A stretch of 64,000 nt of DNA, taken from assembly GCA_934168275.1 (NCBI GenBank), contig CAKPNA010000001.1:249034-313033 (forward strand), in the 5' to 3' direction. This DNA is from an uncultured Bacilli bacterium (GTDB lineage: Bacteria; Bacillota_I; Bacilli_A; RF39; UBA660). Made by a program: the position numbers and the translations under genes. The notes below the pieces were generated by a model. The model did no database searches, was not told where the DNA came from, and worked only from the letters and a program-made list of their open reading frames with translations. Below are positions 49,061 through 58,437 of this stretch, piece by piece (position 1 is the stretch's first letter; the number at the start of each line of letters is the position of its first letter).

Positions 49061-51031
49061 TTCTTTATTTGGATGACCATATCTATTGTTCTTGCCAACA
49101 CTAACTATTGAATATTTTGGATTTACTTCATTTATAAATTCTTTACTACTACTTGTTTTACTTCCATGATGACCTACTTTTAATACCTTTATATCACCTA
49201 TATTATATTTATTTAAAATATCTTGCTCTTTCTCTATTCCAGCATCTCCCATAAATAAAAACTTATAACCTTCATAATTAAAATAAACAACACTAGAGTT
49301 ATCATTCTCGTTATCATACTCTCTTGTATTTAAAAAATACATCTTATAGCCACTAATCCTTAATTCTTTAATACATGTATAATACTTAATTTTCTTTTTA
49401 TTTAATACTTTGATTAATTCCTTTTCTAAATCATTATAAGGTCCACAATTAAATACCACGTTTTTTACCTTAAAATTATTTACTAAATTAATTGCTTCTC
49501 CCATATGATCAAAGTCTCCATGTGAAACCACCAAATAGTCTATCTTTGTAATACCAACTGTCTTCAAATACGGTATTATCTTATTACCAACATTATTACT
49601 ACTCTCATAATTCATTGTATCCCCTGAAGTATCAATTAATACATTACCACCATTATTAGGAAAACTAACTAATATACTATCCCCTTGGCCAACATCAAAA
49701 ACAAGCACTCTTAAATCACTATCAAAATAACTAATATTTTTAAAAAGAATAATTAACAATATTACCCCAATATACATTTTAGACTTATACAAAGATATAA
49801 CTAAAATCACATAATATATAATCACTAGCACTATCCCTACTTTAGGAAAATTAATAACAAGCATTGAAATATTCGATACAAACAAAGAACATTTCTCCAT
49901 AATACTAATAAATAAATATAAAATAGCATCTATCTTAGGAACAAACAAACTCACTATTGATAAAGGGAATATAATACTACTAACTAATGGAATAAAAAAC
50001 AAATTCAAAACAACTGATAAAACATTAACTTGATTAAAATAATTAATACATATAGGTAAACTAAACATAAAACTAATAAACGATATATATAAATTCTTTA
50101 CCAATTTATTTTTTATTTTCTTTATATTTCTATTAGCCATAACTATTCCGGTACTTATAATGTATGAAAACAAAAACGAAACATTATATAGATAAAAAGG
50201 ATTAATCAACAACAATACTATAAGAACAATAAGCATTATATCTAAACTCTTAATTTTCAAATTAAATAATTTATTAATAGAAAAAAGAATAAACATTAAA
50301 ACACTTCGCACTGAACTAGCCGTAAATCCCACTAGCACCATAAAAAATATTAAAAACAAATTAACAATAAAATAATTAAAATAACGATTATAACTAATTT
50401 TATTCATTATACCTAACAAGAAAGTAGCAAACAAAGTAATATGCATTCCCGATATTGAAAACAAATGACTAATACCATTATATTGATAACTACTCCTAAC
50501 ATCTTTATCTATTTCATTAATAGCCAAAACAAATGTCTTAACATAAGAACCACTCTTCTTTATATTATTAATTCTACCTATTAACTTATTTTTTATATAA
50601 TAAATAATACTAGTATTATTACCTATCTTCTCAAACTTATCAATTGTCATTAAATAAAATATCCCACTAGTTCTTAAATATTTTTTATAATTAAATAAAT
50701 TAGGAATAGTATTGTTATTAGCTTCCTTTAAATTACCATAAATAATAATTCTATCACCCAATTTTATATCATTAAAATAGCTAATTTCTTCCACATCTTC
50801 ATAATAGTAATTACCAATAATCGTCTCTTTATTATTTACATATATTTCAACTCTATTATCTTTAATAGAAATCTTTTCTACTATTCCTTCAAATGAAGTT
50901 AAATCGCTATTTAAAATACTCTCTCTTTTAATAAAATTAATTCGATAAAGGCTAATCATTAATACTAATAAAGCCAATACTTTAAATAAATATTTATGTT
51001 GTAATATTACTTTTAATCTTCTCATAAACAT
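48953..51031 (-). CDS. comEC: DNA internalisation-related competence protein ComEC/Rec2
   Basis: 692 aa with an N-terminal polytopic competence domain and a C-terminal metallo-beta-lactamase domain (VLVFDVGQGDSILV...HGDFDHMGEA). Confidence 0.9.
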   Translation of the reverse strand: MFMRRLKVILQHKYLFKVLALLVLMISLYRINFIKRESILNSDLTSFEGIVEKISIKDNRVEIYVNNKETIIGNYYYEDVEEISYFNDIKLGDRIIIYGNLKEANNNTIPNLFNYKKYLRTSGIFYLMTIDKFEKIGNNTSIIYYIKNKLIGRINNIKKSGSYVKTFVLAINEIDKDVRSSYQYNGISHLFSISGMHITLFATFLLGIMNKISYNRYFNYFIVNLFLIFFMVLVGFTASSVRSVLMFILFSINKLFNLKIKSLDIMLIVLIVLLLINPFYLYNVSFLFSYIISTGIVMANRNIKKIKNKLVKNLYISFISFMFSLPICINYFNQVNVLSVVLNLFFIPLVSSIIFPLSIVSLFVPKIDAILYLFISIMEKCSLFVSNISMLVINFPKVGIVLVIIYYVILVISLYKSKMYIGVILLIILFKNISYFDSDLRVLVFDVGQGDSILVSFPNNGGNVLIDTSGDTMNYESSNNVGNKIIPYLKTVGITKIDYLVVSHGDFDHMGEAINLVNNFKVKNVVFNCGPYNDLEKELIKVLNKKKIKYYTCIKELRISGYKMYFLNTREYDNENDNSSVVYFNYEGYKFLFMGDAGIEKEQDILNKYNIGDIKVLKVGHHGSKTSSSKEFINEVNPKYSIVSVGKNNRYGHPNKEVLNNLSDSKIYRTDQDGSVVFKVKNSKLKIKTYSP

Positions 51032-51686
51032 TATTACCTATACCACTTACTTTAGTAATATCCTCTATTGTATTAAACTTTCCATTTTCTTCGCGATACT
51101 TAACAATAGCCTCTGCTTTAGATTGCCCTATTCCATCTAATTTAGATAATTCTTCAACACTAGCAGTATTAATATTAACTTTACCACTACCATTAGTAAT
51201 AGTATCCGTTATCTTATCATTAATACATCCATCATTCTCAATATTAGGACACTTACACTCCTTCTCCACAACCTTAATAACCGTATTAACTAAGTTAGAA
51301 TTCTTAACCTCTTCGGTAGTATAAATAATTATTACCATCTCATCACTTACTAATTTAGATAAATTAATTAAAGATGTATCAGCATCCTCTCTAAGTCCTC
51401 CGGCCATATTAACTACATCATTAACTCTTGTACCTACTTCTACTTTATATACACCCGGATTATTCACTGCACCTTTAATATCCACTAAATAATACTTATC
51501 ATCACTAACAACATTATCTTTTTTATCACTAACCAAAATATCATCATTATCTTCAATATCATTAATAACTACACTATTATCTATTAAACTATTCTTTAAA
51601 TAAATTCCTCCTATAATAATTAAAATACCCATAATACTAAATACAATATACTTATATTTCTTTAAAAACTTTATCATAACTATCAC
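50994..51686 (-). CDS. comEA: Competence protein ComEA (DNA receptor, HhH)
   Basis: 230 aa with an N-terminal TM and tandem C-terminal helix-hairpin-helix motifs (VNINTASVEELSKLDGIGQSKAEAIVKYREENGKFNTIEDITKVSGIG). Confidence 0.85.
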   Translation of the reverse strand: MIVMIKFLKKYKYIVFSIMGILIIIGGIYLKNSLIDNSVVINDIEDNDDILVSDKKDNVVSDDKYYLVDIKGAVNNPGVYKVEVGTRVNDVVNMAGGLREDADTSLINLSKLVSDEMVIIIYTTEEVKNSNLVNTVIKVVEKECKCPNIENDGCINDKITDTITNGSGKVNINTASVEELSKLDGIGQSKAEAIVKYREENGKFNTIEDITKVSGIGNNVYEKIKSNITT

Positions 51687-51793
51687 ATCCCTTCAATTAT
51701 AATATTCCAAGATAAATAGTCATTTTACTTCAAAATTTTACAAAAAAATAAAAAAGTTTATTAAAGTAATTATATCTTACTAAAATAAACCTA

Positions 51794-52438
51794 TTAACTT
51801 ATTCGATAATGCCCAACAATATCATCTCTATCTTCTAAAATATCTTCTTCATAATTTATTTGCCACTTATTAGCATGATGAATTACAAAACTTACTCCAT
51901 TCTTATTTCTATTATCTGATACTATTCCAATATGATGTTTAAAAACTACAATGTCTCCACCTTGCCACTCATCTATATTATAAATATCATTCGTAAGTTT
52001 AATCGCATTATTATCAAAATATACCTTCAAATTAACAACTCTTCTAAAATCAATATTTTTATCAACTACTTGAATATTATATCTTTCTCTATTATTTACT
52101 ATATCATCATTAACTAAAGTTTTTAAATCATATCCCGCATTAAGTAAAGCAAATCCAACTACATCACTACATACCCCATACTCATCATTAGGATATCCTG
52201 TAGCATAATATTTACTTTTATACTTAGGCTTTTTACTTACATACTCTTTAGCACCCTTTAATATATCACTTTGATCATCTATTCCATCATTATCTTTATC
52301 TGTCTTACTAATATAAGTACTAATACCAAAATATTCATTACTATATTTCTTATGAGATATATAATTTAATTTATATAAAATAAATAATCCTAATAATATA
52401 AAAACACTATCAATTATTAAATACTTAAATCTTCTCAT
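51794..52438 (-). CDS. DUF1287 domain protein (membrane-anchored)
   Basis: 214 aa with an N-terminal TM. GVCSDVVGFALLNAGYDL...NIDFRRVVNL...GDIVVFKHHIGIVSD matches the DUF1287 pattern. Confidence 0.6.
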   Translation of the reverse strand: MRRFKYLIIDSVFILLGLFILYKLNYISHKKYSNEYFGISTYISKTDKDNDGIDDQSDILKGAKEYVSKKPKYKSKYYATGYPNDEYGVCSDVVGFALLNAGYDLKTLVNDDIVNNRERYNIQVVDKNIDFRRVVNLKVYFDNNAIKLTNDIYNIDEWQGGDIVVFKHHIGIVSDNRNKNGVSFVIHHANKWQINYEEDILEDRDDIVGHYRIS

Positions 52439-52465
52439 ACCTATCCCTTATACATACCTCTTTTA

Positions 52466-53491
52466 CTATTTTAAAATATTATCTAAATCTCTAATAATAC
52501 CATCTCTAGATACACTATAATAATTAAATTTTTTACTACTAAAATCATTAAGTAAAGAATTAATATATTCACCAAACTCAATAATCATATCATCATTACT
52601 TAAAATATCATCAGCAACATCTTTCTTTAATTTAATTAGATATACCTTAACTAAAAAACTATTTATTTCCTTAATCTTTTGAATAAACATATTAGTTTCT
52701 AATAAACGTCTTGCCTTATTAAAATCTACATATCTATTAGTATAATCAAGACAAGATATAAAATTAATAATTTCTTCATAAGATGCATATTCTTGAAGTT
52801 CTTTAATTAGTCCATGTAAATTAGCACCTAAATACAACTTATACATCTTAGATTTACCAATAATTTTTTCTAATTTGCCTGCAATAAACACTTCATATTT
52901 GTAAGAACCACGTACATCTTCAATATCGCCAAAATAACGCTCTGTAAGCAATTGTGTATATCATTCATTCAAACCATCACCAAAAATATAAGTATAACTT
53001 GACTGACTAAATCCCGAATAATATATATTATCTGCTTCTACTGAACTAGCCATATGAAATAATTCATGATAAATAGAAATTAAATAATTATCTTCCTCAA
53101 ATATCATATCATTATGTTCAATATCATAATATCCATCAGTATAACGAAAAGAATATCCTTTACTAGAGCTAGTTTTTACCTCATTTATATTATTATAAAA
53201 AATAGTTAAATCAGCACCACTAAACTCTGATAAAATTACCTCGATAAATTCCATTATAGCTCCACAAAATTTCCTAGATAGCAATTTATCATAATCAATA
53301 CCATCATATTTCAAATCTTGTTTAGGCAAACTTTTAACTTGTACACGATGATTAATTTTATGCTTTTTTTGCAAACAATACTTACCAATTTTTCTATCCG
53401 TAGTATAGCATAATATAATAGGTACTAAATCATTATAATCAACACTATCCATATCACGTATCAAATCAAATAATTCTTCATTATACCTCAT
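52466..53491 (-). pseudogene. HExxH (zinc metalloprotease-like) protein gene interrupted by one in-frame TGA at 52961-52963
   Basis: Two ORFs (176 aa and 161 aa) lie in the same frame, separated only by TGA (…FGDGLNE-TGA-YTQLLTERYFGD…). The upstream part has HELFHMASS. Confidence 0.5.
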
Positions 53492-53820
53492 ACTATCACA
53501 TCTTTCTATATTATTTAAAGAAATCTCTCTTATTAAAACCTGATGTCATAAATCTAAAAGCTGCTCTTCCATTAGTTAACCAAGTAAACTTAACATTATT
53601 CTTAGTATTAACAACCATTTTATTTACCATAAACTTTGCAATTACCTCCAGATAATCACCTAAAACATTATTTTTCATCTAAAGTAATCTTCTCACCATT
53701 TGCTAAAATTTCAATAAAACAAGCAATTGTTATCTTTGAAATACCATGCAAAGATAGTTCCATCTAAATCTATATCAATTTTCATATAACGCCTCTATTC
53801 ATATTAATTGTAACATAAAA

Positions 53821-54312
53821 TCACTTATTATTTACTACATATTCATTAAACTTCAGCATAAACTCATCAGTTGTTGCCCATTCAAAATCATAACCTGATA
53901 TTTTATATAAAGCATAAGCACAAAGATATTCATATTCACCTCTATTAGGACTCTTATATATAATTAAGTATAATGGTTTCATCGCCGGTTTACCAATATC
54001 TATTACTTTTTTAAATCTCTCATAATTAAAAACTCTAGCCCAACCTTCGGTAATTAATATTTCCGGATTTTCTCTCTCTTCCTCATAAGCCTCAGCAACA
54101 AGTATTTGAAGTTCAGATGATACTTCAGTTAAAATATCCTTATCTACATTCTTTATCAGCAATTCCTCATTAACTCCATTAGCAGTAATTTCATCCCATG
54201 TAATATCTTTATCTTCTGCTTTATCATCATTATCAATTATTTTATTATTACTAAAAAATATATAGACTCCTACTAAAACTAATAAAACTATAAATATTAA
54301 TATTTTCTTCAC
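53821..54312 (-). CDS. Hypothetical N-terminally anchored secreted protein
   Basis: 163 aa with a signal-anchor (ILIFIVLLVLVGVYIFF) and an acidic extracytoplasmic domain. Confidence 0.45.
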   Translation of the reverse strand: MKKILIFIVLLVLVGVYIFFSNNKIIDNDDKAEDKDITWDEITANGVNEELLIKNVDKDILTEVSSELQILVAEAYEEERENPEILITEGWARVFNYERFKKVIDIGKPAMKPLYLIIYKSPNRGEYEYLCAYALYKISGYDFEWATTDEFMLKFNEYVVNNK

Positions 54313-54416
54313 AACTTACTCCATTCCTGAACAACACTTCATTAAATTAATTATATTGTATCATACTTTTAGCAGCTTCATCAAAAAAGAGACATATCAT
54401 AACAATATATCTCATA

Positions 54417-54932
54417 CTATTTTTTATTCTTTACCTTATCTTTATCTTTTTTATCAATTTTCTTCTTATTTGAAACACAACTACCTAACATATATCCAAC
54501 TACAAAGAACAAAAACATTCCAACAAAATTTGATGCCGGATCGCTAGGTGAACCTACAATAAAGAAAACAACACTAGTCAAACATAGTACAATAGAAACA
54601 GCAATTGTAATAATTAAGTTCTTATTTTCTAACAATTTCATTTCTTCAAGCTCTAATTCTTTTAATCTTCTTTGTTCAGCTAATTCTAACTCTTTTGTTT
54701 TTCTATTTTCTTCTTGAATCTTTTGAACCCAATTTTTCCTAGTATTATTAGAATTTTCTAGTTCAATCTTTTGACTATGCTTAATTTCCATTAATTCTTT
54801 TTTAGCATTATGTCTAGTAGCAAATTTTTCTTTCCATCCCTTTTCGCTGTTATCAATACCTTTTTCTACTAATTTTTCAACATTACCCTCAACATCAATT
54901 TTCTTCTTATCCATATCAAAAATTAATTTCAT
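54417..54932 (-). CDS. Hypothetical coiled-coil membrane protein
   Basis: 171 aa with a Lys/Glu-rich coiled coil (ELELAEQRRLKELELEEMKLLE), two C-terminal TM segments and a KKD-rich tail. Confidence 0.45.
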   Translation of the reverse strand: MKLIFDMDKKKIDVEGNVEKLVEKGIDNSEKGWKEKFATRHNAKKELMEIKHSQKIELENSNNTRKNWVQKIQEENRKTKELELAEQRRLKELELEEMKLLENKNLIITIAVSIVLCLTSVVFFIVGSPSDPASNFVGMFLFFVVGYMLGSCVSNKKKIDKKDKDKVKNKK

Positions 54933-54998
54933 ACATCATACCTCCATTATAAAACTTGTAATTTACGCGAATCAATCTAAATTATATCACTAACAAAA

Positions 54999-55736
54999 TT
55001 ATCTTTTTCTACATTCAAATACTGATTTGTCAAGTTCACATCCAGTTAAATTTTTTGCATCTGTTTGCATAACAGAAATAATTCCTTTAATAACTTTATA
55101 ATCTTCAAGTCTTGTATAAATGCCATTAAAAGGATCCAATACCGTTTTATCACCATCATTATTAATTATAAGCCAATTATGTTCACCATTACTCTCAATG
55201 CCATCTACAATAATAAAACTAGATTCTTTTTCTTTAATTATATTTAAAGCTGTTAAAAACATACAGTAGTCAAAACATACTCCCCTCAAATATGGTTCAT
55301 CATCTCTTGTAAATTCAAATAATACCCTTAGCATTTTTTCAAATAATGTTTCATTTTCTCTAAAGTGATAAAATTGAGCCTTCTTATATGGATAAATATA
55401 ATTTCTTAAACCTCTTTTTATATTATCATGAACAATTAAACTTTTGTCATATATATCATCATATTCACTGTATCCTGTTTTTCCTTTGTTAAATAATTTA
55501 TATGATAATGTTTTAATATCTATTCTACCTGATAAATAATCATTAACTATACTAATAACTTCCTTACTATATTTATTTGATTCAATTATTTTATATAAAA
55601 ATGTAGATAGAAAAAATTGCATCGTATTTTCATCTTTTCTAATCATATCTAAGATTTCACCAACATCAGCAGAAATTGACTTACCACTTTTTAAATTTAA
55701 AATAATTTTATTAAATAATTCATCATTCATTTCCAT
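54999..55736 (-). CDS. Hypothetical cytoplasmic protein
   Basis: 245 aa with no recognisable motif. Confidence 0.45.
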   Translation of the reverse strand: MEMNDELFNKIILNLKSGKSISADVGEILDMIRKDENTMQFFLSTFLYKIIESNKYSKEVISIVNDYLSGRIDIKTLSYKLFNKGKTGYSEYDDIYDKSLIVHDNIKRGLRNYIYPYKKAQFYHFRENETLFEKMLRVLFEFTRDDEPYLRGVCFDYCMFLTALNIIKEKESSFIIVDGIESNGEHNWLIINNDGDKTVLDPFNGIYTRLEDYKVIKGIISVMQTDAKNLTGCELDKSVFECRKR

Positions 55737-56172
55737 ATTCTATCTCCTTTATTACTATTATTATATCATTTATTTATATCCATTTGTTTTTAATTAGCAA
55801 TATTTATAAAATTACTTTTTTAGAATTAACTCTAAACTAAGCAGAAACAGTAAAAAATATTTCTTTTTTATATTTTAAAACAATAATTTCAAACGGTTAC
55901 AAAATGTAACCATTTCATTTTCATCTTTTTTAATCTATTTTTTAAACCATTCAATAATTTCTTACTTGTTTGTTTTCAAATACTTTTCCTACTACTATCA
56001 ACTCACCTTTTATCTAGTATTTAGTACGCACACTCTCCACATAGCATATTCTTAATTATGAATAGTTTCTTTTTATATGTTTGAGTATAACTAACTACCT
56101 CATAATATACAAACAAAATAGGTACAACATATATTATGAATATATACATTATTATTAAATATTTTAGAAAGG

Positions 56173-57048
56173 TTAGTTGTATATTTTATTTAGTATATCA
56201 TTTAAAATTGTATTACTTTCCATTTTATTAATGGCAAAACATTTTTTTCCTAAGTCTTTAAAACTACTACCACAATGATATATAAATCTCTTATCTATAA
56301 TAATAAATCTATCATGAAACTTGTTGTTAAAAACTAGTTCAACATTGTTATACTGAGCTCTATATTTTTTTATTAACATTTCATTCATATTTGCAGAATA
56401 AATTATTATATTAACATCTATTTCTTTTAAAATATCTAATAACTCTTTACCAGCATAATTATCAATAATAATTATTTCCTTTTTTGCAGTTTTTAAAATA
56501 TCTAACAATAGCGAATAAGCATCATAAATTTGGCCATCAAAAAATATTGCATTTGCTTTTTCTTTTTCATGTAATTTATCAAAAGAAGTTTTTAGTAGCC
56601 TTATTTCTTCATCATGCTTATATACTAGATTATTTATAAAACTTTGATTTACCAATGTATTAGAAATATATTTTCTCATGGAAACAAACGCATCAATAAT
56701 TTGAACATTAACTTTGACTGCAATATCACTCTTAAGAAGACCAGATAACATCATTATTCCTTGCTCAGTTAAAACATATGGTAAATATCTTATACCACCA
56801 TGTACTATCTCATTTCTTAAACTTGAGGTCACAAATTGTGATCTCAAGTTGATTACTTCTTCCACAGTTAATTGAAAACAAAATGTTTCTGGGAACCTCA
56901 TAATATTTCTTTTAATAGTTTGATTTATAATTCTTGTTTCAGTTTTATATAACTTTGCAACATCTGATGACAAAATAACTTGTTTACCTCTCACTTCAAA
57001 TATCATTTCTTCAATTTTAATATTCTCTTTCAACATTAGTTCATTCAT
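56173..57048 (-). CDS. ORF6N (KilA-N-related) domain protein
   Basis: 291 aa. The N-terminus (IFEVRGKQVILSSDVAKLYKTETRIINQTIKRNIMRFPETFCFQLTVEEVINLRSQFVTS...GGIRYLPYVLTEQGIMMLSGLLKS) matches the ORF6N domain. The C-terminal ~150 aa are unknown. Confidence 0.7.
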   Translation of the reverse strand: MNELMLKENIKIEEMIFEVRGKQVILSSDVAKLYKTETRIINQTIKRNIMRFPETFCFQLTVEEVINLRSQFVTSSLRNEIVHGGIRYLPYVLTEQGIMMLSGLLKSDIAVKVNVQIIDAFVSMRKYISNTLVNQSFINNLVYKHDEEIRLLKTSFDKLHEKEKANAIFFDGQIYDAYSLLLDILKTAKKEIIIIDNYAGKELLDILKEIDVNIIIYSANMNEMLIKKYRAQYNNVELVFNNKFHDRFIIIDKRFIYHCGSSFKDLGKKCFAINKMESNTILNDILNKIYN

Positions 57049-57220
57049 AATCTAAAACCCCCTTTTTGTAATTTCAATTATATAACCAATACTACATAAT
57101 ATGATATAAGTAAACATATTCTCCTCAGACAACCTCCATAAAATTTTACCATTTTTTTTACAAAAATAAATGTTTTTTTTGATAGTCACTGAACAGTTGA
57201 TTTTCGTTGAAATATAAGGC

Positions 57221-58429
57221 CTATTTAAGTTTTAATACTGCAACGCACTCCACGTGATGTGTGTTAGGAAACATATCCACTAACGTAATATCCCCTAGTT
57301 TATACCCATTATCTAACTCTTTAATATCTCTCGCTAAAGTAAGAGGATTACAAGATACATAGACTATTTTATTAGCCTTAATCTTAAGAAGAATATCTTT
57401 TGTACGCTTATCCAAGCCACTCCTTGGTGGATCAACAACTATAACATCAGCCTTAATCTGATCATTAATAATCTTTCCAACATCCCCGGCATAAAATTCT
57501 ATATTATTAACACTATTTATCTTAGCATTCTCTTTAGCATCCTCTACTGCTTGCCCATTCAACTCAATACCAATAATACTATTAAAATACTTACTTAAAT
57601 ATATCCCAATAGTACCCGTACCGCAATATAAATCTACTAAATTATCTTTTTTATCATCCTCTATAGCATACTCTACTACTTTATTATATAACTTATTTAC
57701 TGTTCTACTATTTACTTGAAAGAAACTATCTGGACTTATTCTATATTTATATTCTCCTATCATTTCATATAAATATTTCTCACCATAAATACACTTATAT
57801 TTATTATTATAAGTATAAATACTAACTACTTTCTTATCTAAATACTTAATTACTTCTTCACTATTAACACTACCATAAAATATTATCATAATTCCATAAT
57901 AAGTATCTCTTATAACTATCTTATTACATTTATTAACATTAATATTTTTCTTAATAATATCTATTATTTCATTTAACTTATCACTTACTAATAAACATTT
58001 ATCCACGTCTACTATTGTATTACTATCTTCTTCATATAATCCAATTATACCATTACTAACTTGTAAAGTAATTTTATTACGATAACCATATCTATTATCA
58101 GACTTAATAATATCAGGTTTTATATCTATCTCATTTCTTTTAAATATGTCAATAACATTATTAACTTTATATTCTAATTCATCATGATAAGTATAAACAC
58201 TAATACTACATCCTCCACACACATCATAATATGGACATAATACATTTACTCTTTTAGAACCATTCTTAATTATCTTATTTACTTTACCAATACTATAATT
58301 TTTATATTCTTTTACAATATCTATATCAACAATATCTCCAACAATAACCTTTGGAATAAAGACAACTTTACCATTAATTTTTGCTATTCCCATTGCTTGA
58401 TGATTCATTTTTTCTACTACTACTTCCAT
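57221..58429 (-). CDS. rlmD: 23S rRNA (uracil-C5)-methyltransferase RlmD/RumA family (TRAM + Fe-S + SAM MTase)
   Basis: 402 aa with an N-terminal TRAM-like domain and a Cys cluster (CPYYDVCGGCS). The C-terminal Rossmann region has DLYCGTGTIG and VDPPRSG. Confidence 0.8.
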   Translation of the reverse strand: MEVVVEKMNHQAMGIAKINGKVVFIPKVIVGDIVDIDIVKEYKNYSIGKVNKIIKNGSKRVNVLCPYYDVCGGCSISVYTYHDELEYKVNNVIDIFKRNEIDIKPDIIKSDNRYGYRNKITLQVSNGIIGLYEEDSNTIVDVDKCLLVSDKLNEIIDIIKKNINVNKCNKIVIRDTYYGIMIIFYGSVNSEEVIKYLDKKVVSIYTYNNKYKCIYGEKYLYEMIGEYKYRISPDSFFQVNSRTVNKLYNKVVEYAIEDDKKDNLVDLYCGTGTIGIYLSKYFNSIIGIELNGQAVEDAKENAKINSVNNIEFYAGDVGKIINDQIKADVIVVDPPRSGLDKRTKDILLKIKANKIVYVSCNPLTLARDIKELDNGYKLGDITLVDMFPNTHHVECVAVLKLK

Positions 58430-58437
58430 AATCTCAC

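Noticed and set aside
24317-51686. comEA-comEC being 23 kb away from holA, unlike the Bacillus comE-holA linkage, as evidence of a large insertion
   Set aside because: The intervening region is mostly core housekeeping genes (recG, ftsK, deoD, M16 peptidases) apart from the two islands. This is lineage-specific gene order, not an insertion.
52961-52963. Possibility that the organism uses genetic code 4 or 25 (TGA as sense)
   Set aside because: Only this one gene shows an in-frame TGA. Long conserved genes (rnr, ftsK, recG, priA, comEC) are uninterrupted under code 11.
46400-57100. Intact prophage (because of DinD/Bro-N, ORF6N and YhcG-like genes)
   Set aside because: No integrase, terminase, capsid, portal or tail genes are present. 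The phage-associated genes are isolated cargo or remnants.
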